DNA from: Anolis carolinensis
Lineage: Eukaryota
DNA: 64,000 bases
Direction of reading: 5' to 3'
Assembly: GCF_035594765.1 (NCBI RefSeq)
Contig: NW_026943821.1
Span: forward strand, 17,329,608-17,393,607
The translations under genes and the position numbers were made by a program. Below the pieces are notes generated by a model. That model ran no database searches and was not told where the DNA came from. It was given only the letters and a program-made list of their open reading frames with translations. Of this stretch, positions 60,600 through 64,000 are shown piece after piece. Each line of letters opens with the position of its first letter. Position 1 is the first letter of the stretch.

Positions 60600-62888
60600 T
60601 GCCTCTCCTTGAAGCTCAAGAAGAGGTGCAACAGGGTTAAAACCGAGAGATAAAACACAATCCGGGACAAGGGCAGCATACAAATGCAACAAATAAATAT
60701 AAGGAAAATAAATTAATAATAAAATATCCATCCATACATAATAAAATCTAAAGCTCTGAATTCGCCATCCCTGTGTCAGACTGGAGAGAATGAGGGAGGG
60801 AGGATAGGGCTTACAAAGATGATACCTGCGCACACTGGAGCAGTGGAGTTGCACACTTTGAGCTCATCAGTCCCTGAAGCACTTGTCGAAGGCCCTTCCG
60901 CAGCTCCACACTGAGGACCTCTCGCCACTTCGCCTTGTCACTGCCACAGCAGGGCCGGCAAGCATAGACAACACTCTCCGGCAAGTTGGATAAGATCTCA
61001 TAGCCCTCGTCTTAAAGGAAAGAGAGCAAACCAGATCAGATAAGCTCAGTCCTTATCCTACAACTGACAAGCTCTTCTGATATTCCTACATGAATGCTGG
61101 ATTCATTCTACCAAGTGCAAGGAGTGGTGAGGATTCCCCTAAAGTAGAAATTATCTCAGACAGGCAGCCCAACAAAAAGTCTCTTTCATTTGGTCATTTT
61201 CTCACCTGTAGCAACTTTTCCAACCCCACCATCCCGGTGTATGTTTGCATAGGGAAGAAGAGTTATTGTGTGTCCAGGGAGGGGACTCTGGTGCGGAACA
61301 GAAGAGCACAGCTTGTGCTCTTGGGCTACTTGTGGCTTTTGGGCATTCTTACCTCAATCCCACCCCAAAATCAAGCCTATTTCCCTGCAGTTAACCTGAG
61401 ACACAAAATAAACAAAATATTCCTGGGCAATGTTTTGCCCAAGCTGGGCAATAGCACAAACCTGAAAGCCCCTCACACTTGGCATGAACCCAGTGGTCGC
61501 ACTTGGCACATTGCATCATTTTGCTCTCATAGTCGTTGTCTTCATAACAGTGCAAGCAGATTGGACAGTAGTTTCCTGGATGGGAAAGTGAGAGGACAAA
61601 ATCAATGGATCCTTTCTTGTGACAATCTGATTACATCTGATGTTTTCCCTTCAAAAGGCTTTGTGTCACCCCCCACTATTTATCACCTTTATCATGCAGC
61701 ACAGAGCAGGCAGAGCATAAGCTGTAGTCATTCGACCACTCAGTGTCCCAGTTCTTCCCTGGAGCTGTCCCACAACTCTTGCAGCGGATGCAGGCTGAAC
61801 AGACCTGATGAGCATGAAGACGACCAATGAATGAAACATGAAAAAAGTCTGAAGGATTAAGAGTGGATGTTAGGCAGGGACATTATCTAGACTCGGAAAC
61901 TTTGTGCTTGACAGATACTTACCCAGTTTTTCCTCTTACGGAAGGGTTTAGTGGGGTAGTTGGGTCCCAGACAAGCTAAGTGATAGCAATTTCTGCAACG
62001 TTCACATTCCAGTAGTTGCTGCAACAGTGGAAGAAAAGGACAAGGGGAGCAAACTGTTATCCAGGAGTTTGGAATGGGAATCACAAGGAAGTACAACAGA
62101 ATCCCATTCATTCGTTTGTTTATGTAATGTTACTAGTCCAACCCACTGCCATGCAGGAAAAGCACAATCAAAATATCCCTGACAGATGGCCATCCAGCCT
62201 CTATTTAAAAGTTTCTAAGGAAGGAGCTTCCCACCGCACTCTAAGGCATGTCCCAGACACTCCCTGCAGAGAACACCCAGGTTGAGTAACTCTCCCCACT
62301 TGCCTTGGATGCCTTGTTTTTGCGGCCACAGACATGGCAGAATTTGCAACGTCTGCAACACCAGCTTTCCTCCTGCTCAGGCAGTGGCTGTTCATCGTCC
62401 TCCAGGCAGAAGACATGAAAGGGGTCACAACATACTTGGCAGAACACAAGCTGCAAGGGATACAAGAGACAGTTGCATTAGACAAGCATGGTTGACAGAA
62501 ACAGAAAACCTTGCACATTGAAGCCTCTTTTATTTTAATCTGGATATTTAAATACATTCCCTTTTTAAATTACAAATCTCTCAGAGTCAGTGATTTCTAG
62601 GAAATTGAATTAAAAAAACCAAAACTTTCCCGAGTTCTGAAAACCCTATGCCATTCCATCCCATTTCATCAAAGGTGAGTAACCTAAGCTCTTCTCTCCC
62701 ACCCAGACCACTTTCTCCCAAGGTGGGCGCCATCTGAACATCCCAACTACCTCCATCCTGTTTCTCAGACGCACCTGATGGAAGCCCTTGCTAGCACAGA
62801 GCAGGCACACAAGCTGTGTGGTCACCGGCACTGAGGCGAGGATGCTGAGGCCACCCATCAGCCAGACGTTCTCCAGGTCACAGTCTTC
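45064..62888 (-). CDS. KMT2B: KMT2B histone H3K4 methyltransferase, 3' portion (PHD1-3, atypical bromodomain, ePHD4, FYRN, FYRC, Win, SET, post-SET); 5' part lies beyond the window
   Basis: 27 phase-consistent exons: 62775-62888, 62304-62450, 61923-62018, 61687-61804, 61462-61575, 60826-61010, 60177-60269, 60000-60089, 59736-59809, 58495-58619, 57751-57851, 56680-56817, 55913-56071, 55545-55665, 53942-54020, 53025-53185, 52614-52829, 50228-51764, 49164-49256, 48757-48863, 48039-48176, 47740-47814, 46982-47159, 46318-46425, 45846-45929, 45547-45676, 45064-45339. Motifs [44 protein letters not shown]; next to PSENEN as in mammals. Confidence 0.96.
54500..54835 (-). mobile_element. Two tandem old tRNA-derived SINEs (Squam3-like)
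   Basis: Minus-strand head ctgtagctcagtggtagagcacgtgatttgcatgcagaaagtcccaggttca with A/B boxes, followed by a non-tRNA body. Confidence 0.5.
57397..57677. mobile_element. G/C-run-rich hAT non-autonomous element
   Basis: Termini cagggccgtagc / gctacaggcctg; 8-bp TSD actacatc. Confidence 0.8.
60530..60597. repeat. (ATT)n microsatellite; similar tracts at 8115-8153 and 51885-51932 are LINE tails
   Basis: Seen directly. Confidence 0.95.
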
Positions 62889-64000
62889 CTACAAGACACC
62901 AATGTGGGAAGAGTGTTGCTATGAAAGTTTCAGAGCCATATAGGCAATGGGCCTTTTCTGGATCTTAAACAGTCCACAGTGGTATCAAAAATGTGGCAAA
63001 ATTATCCCTTTAAGGCATTTGAAGTTTGAATAAAAGCAATTTTTAGCCATTTTGGGAGACATTTGGATGAAGAGCAAGGTATAAATGCACTTTGCAGCCT
63101 TTTCTGTGCTCTCCATAGGGCAGCATGTTCAGAGAGTGAGAACAGCTAGTAATGTTCCCATCACCATTCACACTCTACTAGATTTGTTTATCCTAACAAA
63201 TCAAGAGACCTATGGCACTCAAAACACTGTTACATCTCAAGTCCCATCTGTGCCACACAGTCTATAGAAGTATATGGGGAGCTCCAGTTCAGTAGCACCC
63301 GAGGACCATATCTTTCCCAACCATCATACCTGATGATATGATGAAGTGTGTCACAAACAAGAAAATAATACCAGATCAGATTAAAGGGGGAAGCCCGCAA
63401 AGAGAACTGCATTCTCCCAGACAGCTTATTTGAGGTTTTAGACATTGTCTCAATTCATGTCCTTTCACACTATACACTTACAATGCAATAATTCAACTTT
63501 AATTGCCTTAGCAACAACCTGTGACATTCTGGCATTTGCAGATTAGAAAGGTGCACAGGCAGTCTCAGAGTTACATCTGACTTACAACTGACTCATAAAG
63601 AACGGGGCTGAGACAACAGGAAGTGAGAGAAATCTACCGCTACGATGGGAAATTCACTCCTGAAAGAGTTATCATGGGGGAAAAGTGTTTTCACTGAAGC
63701 TTTATCACCAATCCTTGTTTCCACAAGCCTAATTTTTCAAAATACCATTCTCACAGGGACACAAAGTAGGAGAAATCTTATGAACTAGGGCAGAGACAGC
63801 AAAACAAATGCCACAGGGGTGTTGGCCTTTCCCTATGCTATCCAAAATACATATATTACACAAAAATGTACCTGTTCAGACTTCCATACAAATTCAGCAG
63901 AAGAACAAACCTACAGAACCTATCATGTTTGTAAATTGGAGATTGCCTGTATTTAGAATTCTCAATAAAAAGCTCTCAAAGTGCAAAAAACTATAAAATC

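Noticed and set aside
61090-61830. 246-aa plus-strand ORF
   Set aside because: Antisense to KMT2B PHD exons and introns, no recognisable domain; most likely a chance open frame

Overview
Vertebrate genomic DNA. The repeat content (Sauria SINE, Anolis SINE2, Penelope-like elements, CR1, L2, L1, hAT and Tc1/mariner MITEs, a Helitron) points to a squamate, most likely an Anolis lizard (inference). The window covers the region syntenic to human 19q13.12. In order: the 5' part of PROSER3 (-), head-to-head with a complete LIN37 (+, 9 coding exons, 249 aa); a complete HSPB6 (-, 3 exons, 173 aa); a complete PSENEN (-, 3 coding exons, 101 aa); and the 3' 27 exons of KMT2B (-, PHD1 to SET). All exon boundaries were read by hand and their phases are consistent. 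Main points of interest: (i) many Penelope-derived minimal hammerhead ribozyme motifs, including a retrozyme-like tandem array with 276/284 bp period and two palindromic pairs in and just upstream of HSPB6; (ii) an HSPB6 with alphaB-crystallin-like termini (IPI motif kept, PKA-site Ser absent); (iii) the LIN37-HSPB6 block is inverted relative to human, and no U2AF1L4 or IGFLR1 lies between KMT2B and PSENEN; (iv) two competing start exons for PROSER3; (v) a second Taspase1-like site and a GC-AG intron in KMT2B. Repeat boundaries are approximate unless target-site duplications (TSDs) are quoted. Comparisons to human proteins and gene order are from memory, not from a search.
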